Shown: one piece after another, positions 50,565-57,978 of the stretch
Layout of the letters: the number at the start of each line of letters is the position of its first letter
How positions within the stretch are numbered: position 1 is the stretch's first letter
DNA from: a virus
IMG/VR virus record: IMGVR_UViG_3300048587_000114
Location: 3,646-67,645 of that record
DNA: 64,000 bases
Direction: 5' to 3' (one strand)
The notes under the pieces: generated by a model
What the model saw: the letters and a program-made list of their open reading frames with translations, nothing else
The model's database searches: none
What the model was told of the DNA's origin: nothing
Translations under genes and position numbers: made by a program

Positions 50565-50795
50565 ATGCCCAAGTACATCAAGCAGAACAAACCCGTCGAG
50601 TGCCACCAATGGCACCCACAGACGAATCCGAGTCCCCATGTGCAACAGCCAGTGGGATACGGCGTGCCGATTGTCGAAACAATTCAGGGAATGGTGGTGA
50701 TTCACCCCGGTGACTGGATTATCGAGAATCCGGACGGGACCAAGGAAGTGATGAGCGATCCGGTATTCAAATCGTGGTACTCCGGGCCAAATTAA
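50565..50795 (+). CDS. Hypothetical protein (PGDWII-type small phage family)
   Basis: PVECHQW...ETIQG...HPGDWII...VFKSWY. Confidence 0.7.
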   Translation: MPKYIKQNKPVECHQWHPQTNPSPHVQQPVGYGVPIVETIQGMVVIHPGDWIIENPDGTKEVMSDPVFKSWYSGPN

Positions 50796-50812
50796 GGAAG
50801 GAGGGAATACTG

Positions 50813-51172
50813 ATGGGGAAGCCAATTGACCTGACGCTGCTGTTCGCCAAGATTGGCGCGTGGCAGATGACGACGTTTCCGGATGCGGACGTCCTGTCGT
50901 GCCTGCTGCACCTTCAGGATGAAATGCTGGAACTGGAAGATGAAGTGTACGCCCTTCGCAACGGGCTGGTGGCGCATGGGGCCATGTCGAAGGACGTGGC
51001 GCAAACCCGCGAAGCCCTTGCCGGGGAACTGGCCGATGTGGTCCACCTGTGCATTGCGCTGGCCGCAGCCGCCGAAGTGCATCTGCCAACGGCGATCCTG
51101 AAGAAGTTTGAGCAGAATAAGGATCGCACGTTTACCTATGACCCGGATCGCGGGTATATGAAAGGAGACTGA
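50813..51172 (+). CDS. MazG-like nucleotide pyrophosphohydrolase
   Basis: DEMLEL...GELADV, KKFEQNKDR. Confidence 0.75.
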   Translation: MGKPIDLTLLFAKIGAWQMTTFPDADVLSCLLHLQDEMLELEDEVYALRNGLVAHGAMSKDVAQTREALAGELADVVHLCIALAAAAEVHLPTAILKKFEQNKDRTFTYDPDRGYMKGD

Positions 51173-51178
51173 ACGCCG

Positions 51179-51601
51179 ATGCCACGACCGATGTATACCA
51201 TGCCCTCTCCGTCTGAACGGATGACGGAGGGGTATGGAAGTCAGGTGCTCAGGAAAATCGAGCGGGATATGTACCTGCTGTGGGAGGAACGGGGAATGGA
51301 GCGGATGCCGAGAGTCCTCCGGCTCCACCCCGATCTGTGGCAGGCAATCCGGATGGAGTTCACCAACCGGATTACCGAGACGTTTCATTATGTCGGAACC
51401 TATGATTCGTACCGGCGTGTGGAAACGCCGAACGTGCGGACGCTGTACGGCGACTTCTGGTTCATTGAAGATGGTGGACTGCCTATCGGGGAGTACGTCT
51501 TTGACCATTATGATGCGTGGAAGCGTCGGCATGAGCAGGAAGCGGAACTCTACGCCCGGATTGCGTGGCTAGAGCGGCGTCTGAGTGGGAGGGAACCATG
51601 A
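51179..51601 (+). CDS. Hypothetical protein
   Basis: In operon, RBS AAGGAG. Confidence 0.5.
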   Translation: MPRPMYTMPSPSERMTEGYGSQVLRKIERDMYLLWEERGMERMPRVLRLHPDLWQAIRMEFTNRITETFHYVGTYDSYRRVETPNVRTLYGDFWFIEDGGLPIGEYVFDHYDAWKRRHEQEAELYARIAWLERRLSGREP

Positions 51602-51780
51602 CCAGACCGACAGTAAAGGAAGCTCTGATTGCGTTTTTCGCGGCGGTACCGGTTAGTCTGATGATTGCCATAGACGTCGCGGCGTTCTTCTGGTGGTCCC
51701 TGATCCTCTTGGTCGTGCTTGGTGTCATCCTGTGCGGATTCTGGAAGATCGGGGAACTTGTCGAAAGGTACCTTGACTGA
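51598..51780 (+). CDS. Small membrane protein
   Basis: Two hydrophobic segments; ATGA coupling. Confidence 0.55.
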   Translation: MTRPTVKEALIAFFAAVPVSLMIAIDVAAFFWWSLILLVVLGVILCGFWKIGELVERYLD

Positions 51781-52040
51781 TGCGAGACTTCAGCTATCGC
51801 CGCCCGTGGGAGAACCAGACGGCGCAATGCCCCGCGTGTGGAAGTACCGCTGTGTTTACTGACCGGGATCAGCCCGAAGTGGACACCACGGAAACGAACA
51901 AGCTCTATCCGATTGGGGGAGGGCCGACGAGATATATCGGAACGCTCATCTTCTGGAAACCGTGCATGAGTTGCCGGGACCGCTTGGAATGGTGTGTATC
52001 AGCGGAAGCCCTTGACACGCAGCCGAGACGTGGTGTATAG
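51780..52040 (+). CDS. Zn-ribbon hypothetical protein
   Basis: CPACGS...CMSC. Confidence 0.5.
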   Translation: MRDFSYRRPWENQTAQCPACGSTAVFTDRDQPEVDTTETNKLYPIGGGPTRYIGTLIFWKPCMSCRDRLEWCVSAEALDTQPRRGV

Positions 52041-52041
52041 T
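52012..52041 (+). promoter_or_regulatory. Promoter of tRNA array
   Basis: TTGACA-N18-TATAGT. Confidence 0.65.
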
Positions 52042-52153
52042 ACCTACATCGCCGCAATGGAGCGGTTGCAATGCCCGACGACGCACTACGTTATCGGGCA
52101 TTAGCGTCTCCACCGGCCCTTAACAATCAAACAGGCACATCCTGTGTGCATAC

Positions 52154-52227
52154 TTGGGTGTCGTTCAATGGTAGGACACGTCGCTGTTAACGATGGTATT
52201 GGGGTTCGAATCCCTGCACCCGAGCCA
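52154..52227 (+). tRNA. tRNA-Asn(GTT)
   Basis: Cloverleaf, CGTCG-CTGTTAA-CGATG, CCA end. Confidence 0.9.
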
Positions 52228-52229
52228 AT

Positions 52230-52304
52230 GGGAAGGTAGCGTAATGGAAACGCGGCTCTCTCCAAAAGAGTCAGATGGGGGTTCGAATCCTCTCCGTCCC
52301 GCCA
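52230..52304 (+). tRNA. tRNA-Trp(CCA)
   Basis: GCTCT-CTCCAAA-AGAGT, CCA end. Confidence 0.88.
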
Positions 52305-52305
52305 A

Positions 52306-52379
52306 TGCTTTGTCGGCTAACGGTAGGCCGCTTCGCTCTGGACGAAGTTGTTGTGGTTCGAATCCACACGAAGCAACCA
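52306..52379 (+). tRNA. tRNA-Gln(CTG)
   Basis: CTTCG-CTCTGGA-CGAAG, CCA end. Confidence 0.9.
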
Positions 52380-52387
52380 GAAACCCC

Positions 52388-52416
52388 TTGACAACGAATC
52401 AAGGGTATGCTAAAGT
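52388..52416 (+). promoter_or_regulatory. Internal tRNA-array promoter
   Basis: TTGACA-N17-TAAAGT with extended -10 TG. Confidence 0.6.
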
Positions 52417-52561
52417 AGATACAGTGGAAATGAGGAACGAGACGAACACAGAAATCGAGCCGAAAGGATAACGATGATGTAACCGCTCAACTCACTTCTT
52501 TGAGGGCTGTGCCGTGCAGGTCGCGGTGCATAAGGAACCGGTAAGCACCGGGAACCCAAAT

Positions 52562-52636
52562 GTCGGGGTAGCTCAGTGGTAGAGCACTTGTCTCATAAGC
52601 AAGAACGCATGGGTTCGAATCCCTTCCCCGCCACCA
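52562..52636 (+). tRNA. tRNA-Met(CAT) (Ile2 not excluded)
   Basis: CTTGT-CTCATAA-GCAAG, CCA end. Confidence 0.85.
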
Positions 52637-52752
52637 GAGGTTCGCAGCGTTCCGTGATAAACTGCGTGTGGACGTGCGATTCACATAAAATAAAGAGCAC
52701 AGACCCCGCAGACACGATGCGGGACGGGGTTGCAAACCTGTCGAAAAATCGG

Positions 52753-52823
52753 GCCGGGTTGATGTAGGTGGACTGGCATATCCCCCTGAAGGGGAAAGCG
52801 TGGGTTCGACTCCCACACCGGAG
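52753..52823 (+). pseudogene. Degenerate tRNA-like element
   Basis: Good T arm GTGGG-TTCGACT-CCCAC and TCCCC-CTGAA-GGGGA arm, poor acceptor stem. Confidence 0.45.
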
Positions 52824-52824
52824 T

Positions 52825-52923
52825 TTGCTCGTAGGACAATTGGCAGTCTAACCGTGTAAATCGGGGGCGTACGACCTTGGAGGCACGGACATGTTGCAGG
52901 TTCGAACCCTGCCGAGCAAGCCA
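52825..52923 (+). ncRNA. tRNA-like RNA with 27-nt anticodon loop
   Basis: Acceptor TTGCTCG/CGAGCAA, D arm GGAC/GTCT, CCGTG/CACGG stem, T arm GCAGG-TTCGAAC-CCTGC, G+CCA. Confidence 0.75.
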
Positions 52924-53025
52924 CCCGCGATCTGACCAATTGCGGGGAGAGTCGCGGTTCGGCGGGAGTCGTAACCCAATGAACCCCCTGACCGGGCAGG
53001 GATGGAGTAACGATCCACCCGGTAT

Positions 53026-53098
53026 TTCGCAGTAGCTCAGGGGTTAGAGCACATCTCTGATACAGATGGTGCCGGTGGTTCGATTCCACCCTGCGGAA
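53026..53098 (+). tRNA. tRNA-Ile(GAT)
   Basis: CATCT-CTGATAC-AGATG; no encoded CCA. Confidence 0.85.
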
Positions 53099-53227
53099 CT
53101 GAGGCCGGTGAAGCCTGCGATGCGAAGCGTCGAGAGTACGACGATAGTACCGCGAAGATACCTCGGGTCGGCACCCTATGATACGTGTCGTGGGCCGCTG
53201 GCAATAGCCTGTGTATGAGGCCCGAAT

Positions 53228-53300
53228 GCTGGCATACGCTAATCGGCAGGCGAACGCTCTTTCAAAGCGTTGTGTGCGAGTTCGACTCTCGCTGTCAGTA
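53228..53300 (+). tRNA. tRNA-Glu(TTC)
   Basis: ACGCT-CTTTCAA-AGCGT. Confidence 0.85.
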
Positions 53301-53450
53301 CCGGGTAGATGTACTACCCTTTACAAATCACCGTGTCTCTGGCCGCACTCCCTGTGGTACGACCTGTTCGGTGCAAGCCCGAACGAAAAGCCCCGGACTA
53401 ACCAACCGGGCACGCCCCGGATACATCCCAAATCCGCTCCGGGGCACCTT

Positions 53451-53523
53451 GCCGGGATCGTCTAGCGGTCTAGGACGTATGGTTCTCAGCCATGCAGCCG
53501 GGGTTCGAATCCCCGTCTCGGTA
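53451..53523 (+). tRNA. tRNA-Glu(CTC)
   Basis: TATGG-TTCTCAG-CCATG. Confidence 0.85.
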
Positions 53524-53645
53524 CGAGCCTTGGGCTTCGGCGTAAAACTGCCCACGACCTGAGTATAACGTCGTTAAACTCGCTCCGGAGGATACGTCCT
53601 CCGTCTGGACCTGTAGCTCAATCGGGAGAGCGTCGGTACTGGTAT

Positions 53646-53719
53646 GGGAGATTTGCATAATGGAAGTGCTCTTGGCTTACATCCAAGAAGCGGTGGTTCG
53701 ATTCCATCATCTCCTACCA
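53646..53719 (+). tRNA. tRNA-Val(TAC), nested inside the split tRNA
   Basis: CTTGG-CTTACAT-CCAAG, CCA end. Confidence 0.88.
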
Positions 53720-53738
53720 GTTTCAAGGAGAGTAAATA

Positions 53739-54161
53739 GTGCCAATGCCATACAAACCGAGAGCGGAATGTAAACGCTGCGGGGCTCTGGTAAAGTTTAC
53801 AAAAACGGTTTTCTGTAGTCAGGAATGCCAAATTACACATAAGCGAGAAACCTATCTCGCTCGGTGGAAGTCTGGACAGGAAAAAGGCTACGGAAAGTAC
53901 GGGCAACTGTCTAACACGATTCGGGAGTATATCTTGAAGCGTGCCGGGTATCAATGCGAGGAATGTGGGTGGCACAAAAAGCATCCCGTTACTGGTAGCG
54001 TACCGGTGGAGGTACACCATAAAGACGGTGACTATGCAAATACGCATGAGGGCAATCTGATTGTTCTGTGCCCAAACTGCCATTCACTTACTCCTAACCA
54101 CGGAGTTTATAATAAAGGGAAGGGAAAACCGTATATTCGCCTTGCAAAAGCAGTACCGTAG
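53739..54161 (+). CDS. HNH endonuclease nested inside the split tRNA
   Basis: CEECGW...EVHHKDG...NLIVLCPNCHSLT; RBS AAGGAG. Confidence 0.9.
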   Translation: MPMPYKPRAECKRCGALVKFTKTVFCSQECQITHKRETYLARWKSGQEKGYGKYGQLSNTIREYILKRAGYQCEECGWHKKHPVTGSVPVEVHHKDGDYANTHEGNLIVLCPNCHSLTPNHGVYNKGKGKPYIRLAKAVP

Positions 54162-54248
54162 GTTCTAGGTTCGAGTCCTAGTAGGTCCACCAGTCGAAGA
54201 AGCAGGGGACATAGGGTACCCGTCTTAATAATCCTGCGGAGACTGCAT

Positions 54249-54334
54249 GGGGATGTTTTGGTGTTCGCCCGGTAGATGCGAGGGTACAACCTTGATGATC
54301 GCCGGAAACGTGGGTTCGACTCCCACCATCTCCA
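54249..54334 (+). ncRNA. Miniature tmRNA-like RNA (tRNA-like domain only)
   Basis: GGGGATG/CATCTCC with G3:U70, stemless D loop TTTTGGTGTTCGC, T arm GTGGG-TTCGACT-CCCAC, closed by a short hairpin. Confidence 0.7.
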
Positions 54335-54492
54335 CCGAGACGTTGAGCAGTCGTCTCAAAAAACAGGCTCACGGTTGATTGCACCGGGCTGTTCTCCTGC
54401 ACGGAGACGGCAAGCAATCCTAACGCTTCGGGTCCGCTGGACGGGCGGCTGTGCAGAGAGACGGTAGAAATCCCTCACCGAAGCGTTCACTT

Positions 54493-54574
54493 GGGTTGGT
54501 ATGCAAGCGGCTCAAAGCAGCGTGTCTGTAAAACACGTCCTACTGGTTCACAGGTTCGAATCCTGTCCAGCCCA
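54493..54574 (+). tRNA. tRNA-Tyr(GTA)
   Basis: CGTGT-CTGTAAA-ACACG, long variable arm. Confidence 0.88.
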
Positions 54575-54583
54575 CCGGAGGCA

Positions 54584-54841
54584 ATGATGCGATTTGCTGA
54601 ACAGAACGTAGAAATCGAATCGCTCTACATTTCGCTGGCAATTCTGACTATCGGCATCTATGCAGCCGTGTCATCAGACGATCCAGAGGAAATGAAGCAA
54701 CAACTGAAGAATGCCGCCGTGCATGCACAAGCGGCCTTCCCTGAGCCGTACCACACGGTACTCATGGAGAAGATCGGAGAGCATGCGTTTCGGGATGACG
54801 TCGAGCAGACGCGTCCGCAATATCACACTGAGGGCCGATAG
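54584..54841 (+). CDS. Hypothetical protein
   Basis: RBS GGAGG; stop codon lies inside tRNA-Ala. Confidence 0.55.
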   Translation: MMRFAEQNVEIESLYISLAILTIGIYAAVSSDDPEEMKQQLKNAAVHAQAAFPEPYHTVLMEKIGEHAFRDDVEQTRPQYHTEGR

Positions 54842-54903
54842 CTTAACGGGAAAGCTACTACCTTGCACGTAGTCAGATTGGGGTTCGAATCCCCATTGGT
54901 CCA
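54832..54903 (+). tRNA. tRNA-Ala(TGC)
   Basis: ACTAC-CTTGCAC-GTAGT, G3:U70. Confidence 0.9.
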
Positions 54904-54927
54904 CCGAGTAGGTGAAAGGAGAACACG

Positions 54928-55206
54928 TTGCCTATTCTTTCGTCAGTGAAACAAAAGACCAAGGTTTCGACCAGTTCAACGATTGAAACGACACTGGAAG
55001 CGAAACTCGCAGAAGTCGCGGAACTGACAGAGCAACTTGAAGCAACCGCTGTGCAAGAGATTGACGCATCGAATCAGTCGATTGCTGATCTTGAATCGCG
55101 GATTGCAGCAATTCAACAACGGAAGATGATTGCCAAGGGACGTATCGAACGAGCGGCACAAACCAGAGCGTTGTTCCAACCCGTTCCTCCGGTACAAACC
55201 AAGTAA
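54928..55206 (+). CDS. Coiled-coil hypothetical protein
   Basis: RBS AAGGAG, TTG start. Confidence 0.55.
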   Translation: MPILSSVKQKTKVSTSSTIETTLEAKLAEVAELTEQLEATAVQEIDASNQSIADLESRIAAIQQRKMIAKGRIERAAQTRALFQPVPPVQTK

Positions 55207-55240
55207 TGATCTTTTGATGGTGATGCAAGGAAGTGATACC

Positions 55241-55621
55241 GTGCAGCTAGTATGCAACCAGTGTGAGAAATCATACAAAGCAGAAAAGAGAACGTCGAAA
55301 TACTGTTCCCGAGCTTGCAGCAACACGGCACGCCGAGGGATGACGTATTCGAAAGACTCTCACGGTAACAGTTCCAGACAACGCCTTAATTTGCTGAAAA
55401 ACACGTTCAACTTTACCGAGTGTATGGTAGAGGGTTGTGGCTATACAAAAACGTTTGACATTCACCGATATATACCCGGTAAATTGGGTGGAGAATATGT
55501 CATCGGCAATATGTATGCTATTTGCCCAAACTGCCATGCAGAAGTATCTCGGGGAATTGTAACGTTTGAAAAAGTAGACGATAAAACACTTCGGATCAGT
55601 GGGGTAACGGTAGCCCAATAG
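55241..55621 (+). CDS. HNH endonuclease
   Basis: CNQC...YCSRAC; CMVEGC...DIHR...ICPNCHAE; stop lies inside tRNA-Ser; start uncertain. Confidence 0.8.
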   Translation: MQLVCNQCEKSYKAEKRTSKYCSRACSNTARRGMTYSKDSHGNSSRQRLNLLKNTFNFTECMVEGCGYTKTFDIHRYIPGKLGGEYVIGNMYAICPNCHAEVSRGIVTFEKVDDKTLRISGVTVAQ

Positions 55622-55675
55622 TCTTGAAAACTATCTAACCGAAAGGTTATGTGAGTTCAAATCTCACCTGATCCT
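55593..55675 (+). tRNA. tRNA-Ser(TGA)
   Basis: ATAGT-CTTGAAA-ACTAT, long variable arm. Confidence 0.85.
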
Positions 55676-55679
55676 CCGT

Positions 55680-55765
55680 GGACGATTGGGATAAGGGTAT
55701 TCCAGAGGGTTGCTATCCCTCCCAACCGCAAGGTTGTGTGCGTTCGAATCGCACATCGTCCTCCA
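55680..55765 (+). tRNA. tRNA-Ser(GCT)
   Basis: GAGGG-TTGCTAT-CCCTC, long variable arm, CCA end. Confidence 0.88.
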
Positions 55766-55788
55766 TCTGAGAAAAGGTTTATATACGC

Positions 55789-56121
55789 ATGCCAAAAGTT
55801 ATAAAGTATGCCGACTACATTCCTTTGTGGAAGGCGGGACTTGTAAGCGGAAATCGCGGTATAATACATATAGACGTCTCTGCGAATGTGCGCCGTTACT
55901 TGCTTGAAAGGTGCGGAAATACGTGTGAAGAATGCGGTTGGGGCGCGATAAATCCGTTTACCGGAAAAGTAACACTTGAAGTTCATCACATTGATGGAGA
56001 CTATCAGAACAGCAGAGAAGAAAACTTAAAAGTGCTCTGCCCAAACTGTCACTCTTTAACCTATAACTATAGAGCAAGAAATAAGTCCGGGTTGGCACAA
56101 AGCCTACCCAAGAAAAGGTAA
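55789..56121 (+). CDS. HNH endonuclease
   Basis: CEECGW...LEVHHIDG...NLKVLCPNCHSLT. Confidence 0.9.
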   Translation: MPKVIKYADYIPLWKAGLVSGNRGIIHIDVSANVRRYLLERCGNTCEECGWGAINPFTGKVTLEVHHIDGDYQNSREENLKVLCPNCHSLTYNYRARNKSGLAQSLPKKR

Positions 56122-56125
56122 TCAT

Positions 56126-56200
56126 CGGGGTTTAGCGTAAGGGTTAGCGCACGTCGTTTGGGACGATGTGGACAGGTTTCGAGTACCTGATCCCCGACCA
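56126..56200 (+). tRNA. tRNA-Pro(TGG)
   Basis: CGTCG-TTTGGGA-CGATG, CCA end. Confidence 0.88.
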
Positions 56201-56217
56201 CGGGAAGGAGAAACCGT

Positions 56218-56307
56218 ATGAACTGGAACCTGATTGCAGCGATTTTCTTGGGCGTATTCTTTGCGCTCCTTGCATGGGCACTATTGACCGATCAAATCGT
56301 TCTCTAA
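56218..56307 (+). CDS. 29-aa membrane peptide
   Basis: RBS AAGGAG; MNWNLIAAIFLGVFFALLAWALLTDQIVL. Confidence 0.55.
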   Translation: MNWNLIAAIFLGVFFALLAWALLTDQIVL

Positions 56308-56316
56308 GGAGGGAAT

Positions 56317-57093
56317 GTGGTTCAGATTAACCGTGAGGGGCCAAAAGTCTTTTTGGTCGGGTATACACAGCCGGTCATGCCAGAAATCCGCCGCTATCTA
56401 GATCATCGCGGTGTGAAATGGATTACGGAGAATCCGAAGGATGATCCACTGGCGATTGTTGAAATGGCAGGCCGTGTGTGCTACCACAGTTGGCGGAATC
56501 CGCAAGGGCGGACACGTCAGGAATATATTGCCGAGCAAATTATCGGGCATGAGCATGGAAGCGTGCTCGAACACGTCTGGTTCAATATGCTGGTGGCAGA
56601 CCTTCCCCGAAGTTCGCAGCTTGAATTGGTGCGACATGGGGAAGGAACGGGATTTAGTTTCGAAAGTCAACGGTTTACGGACGCTCATCTACGATTCGTG
56701 GTTCCACCACGGCTACGGGAGGACGACGATGCCATTGCACTCTTTACAAGCGCGGCGAATCTCGCACAAGACTACTACACAGCGTTGCAGGCACTGTCGG
56801 GGTCCGACTCCGATGAAGGAACGCTTGCACGGAAACGCATCAAGGAAGCAGCACGGGCTGTGCTCCCGAATGCCGCTGGAAGCGACGGTATGGTAAGCAT
56901 GAATGGCCGTGCCGCACGGCACATCATTAATCTGCGATCCAACGAACATGCGGACCTCTCAATCAGAGAGTTTGCATGGGAAGTGTATCAGGCGATTTCA
57001 GATGTTGCTCCGGCACTCTTTGCCGACGCAACCGTGAACTATGGAGCGAGTGACGGGATTCCGTCTGTCTCGTTCGAACATCCGAAGGTCTAG
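56317..57093 (+). CDS. thyX: Flavin-dependent thymidylate synthase
   Basis: AGRVCY, HGSVLEH, ELVRH...SQR, EAARAVLPN. Confidence 0.9.
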   Translation: MVQINREGPKVFLVGYTQPVMPEIRRYLDHRGVKWITENPKDDPLAIVEMAGRVCYHSWRNPQGRTRQEYIAEQIIGHEHGSVLEHVWFNMLVADLPRSSQLELVRHGEGTGFSFESQRFTDAHLRFVVPPRLREDDDAIALFTSAANLAQDYYTALQALSGSDSDEGTLARKRIKEAARAVLPNAAGSDGMVSMNGRAARHIINLRSNEHADLSIREFAWEVYQAISDVAPALFADATVNYGASDGIPSVSFEHPKV

Positions 57094-57160
57094 GAGAATG
57101 CACGGGCCGTCAGACTACTGCACATCGTAAGAACAGGCCCGGAGACGCGTCCGGGCACAT

Positions 57161-57234
57161 TCAGGGATCGGTTAACGGTAGGCCGATGGTCTTTGGAACC
57201 ATCTGTATAGGTTCGAATCCTATTCCCTGATCCA
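57161..57234 (+). tRNA. tRNA-Gln(TTG)
   Basis: ATGGT-CTTTGGA-ACCAT, CCA end. Confidence 0.9.
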
Positions 57235-57235
57235 T

Positions 57236-57324
57236 GCCCTTCTGGTGGAACTGGCAGACACGACGGCCTCAAACGCCGGAGCCGAGGGATCGGCGTACAG
57301 GTTCAAGTCCTGTGAGGGGTACCA
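57236..57324 (+). tRNA. tRNA-Leu(CAA)
   Basis: CGGC-CTCAAAC-GCCG, long variable arm, CCA end. Confidence 0.85.
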
Positions 57325-57325
57325 C

Positions 57326-57354
57326 TTGACAAGTAGTCGGAAATCGGGTATACT
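57326..57354 (+). promoter_or_regulatory. Internal tRNA-array promoter
   Basis: TTGACA-N17-TATACT. Confidence 0.8.
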
Positions 57355-57375
57355 GATTTCAGTGAAGGAGACGAG

Positions 57376-57615
57376 ATGCCGAAGATCGCATTTATCAAAT
57401 GGGACACAGGCGACTGGATTCAGATGTACGTCAACGGGGAGAAAGTCTATGAAGGACATTCGATCCCAAGAGACGAACTTCTGAGACTGGCCGGAGTAGA
57501 GTTCGACTCCTACGAAATCCTCGGAGAGAGCGATGAAGCGGAAATGATCGGTTGGTCGGGAAAGTCCCTTGACGAAGCACTTGTCATTGTGAACGACGTA
57601 CTAGTGTGTTACTAG
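57376..57615 (+). CDS. Hypothetical protein
   Basis: RBS AAGGAG; GDWIQMYVNGEKVYEGHS. Confidence 0.6.
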   Translation: MPKIAFIKWDTGDWIQMYVNGEKVYEGHSIPRDELLRLAGVEFDSYEILGESDEAEMIGWSGKSLDEALVIVNDVLVCY

Positions 57616-57622
57616 TACACAT

Positions 57623-57707
57623 GCGTGGGTGGTGGAACTGGTATACACGCTAGTCTTAGAAACTAGTGCCCGAGAGGGCGTGATGGGTTCGAATCCCTCC
57701 CTGCGTA
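57623..57707 (+). tRNA. tRNA-Leu(TAG)
   Basis: CTAGT-CTTAGAA-ACTAG, long variable arm. Confidence 0.88.
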
Positions 57708-57833
57708 CCGTAGCCAAGCGCCTCTCCCGAGAGAGCCGACCATGAATCGTTAGTCTCGGTGAAGCAATTCGGGCTGGAAAGACGGATGCATACGGTGAGC
57801 CAGCAGTTATGTCCGGACTCAATCGGGCACATA

Positions 57834-57901
57834 GGATATGTGTAGCTCAATTGGCAGAGCACCGTCTAAAACCGGAGATTCGGTTTAAGTCCGACACTTC
57901 C
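57834..57901 (+). pseudogene. Degenerate tRNA
   Basis: Canonical D arm TAGCTCAATTGGCAGAGC, shortened anticodon arm, T loop TTTAAGT, bulged acceptor stem. Confidence 0.55.
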
Positions 57902-57906
57902 CTCAT

Positions 57907-57978
57907 GCTGATGTAGCTCAGTGGTAGAGCGTCTGATTGAAGTCCAGATGGTCGGCGGTTCGAATCCGCCTGTCAGCA
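57907..57978 (+). tRNA. tRNA-Phe(GAA)
   Basis: TCTGA-TTGAAGT-CCAGA. Confidence 0.85.

Larger units (their letters stand above)
53607..54192 (+). ncRNA. Split tRNA: 5' half 53607-53641, 3' half 54151-54192
   Basis: GGACCTG/TAGGTCC acceptor, intact D and T arms, CGGTACTG/CAGTACCG helix flanking the insert, ACCA end. Confidence 0.8.

Noticed and set aside
53100-53450. HDV-like (theta) or hammerhead ribozymes 3' of tRNAs
   Set aside because: I could not build the nested double pseudoknot or a CUGAnGA/GAAA core by eye; needs a covariance-model search
53642-54150. Group I or II intron interrupting the split tRNA
   Set aside because: The insert is almost fully occupied by tRNA-Val and the HNH ORF; no catalytic core elements are recognisable
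57834-57901. Amber suppressor tRNA (TCTAAA in loop) and TAG recoding
   Set aside because: The anticodon arm cannot form a 5-bp stem with a 7-nt loop around CTA, and conserved genes such as RtcB, integrase and ThyX end at TAG with no interrupted long ORFs
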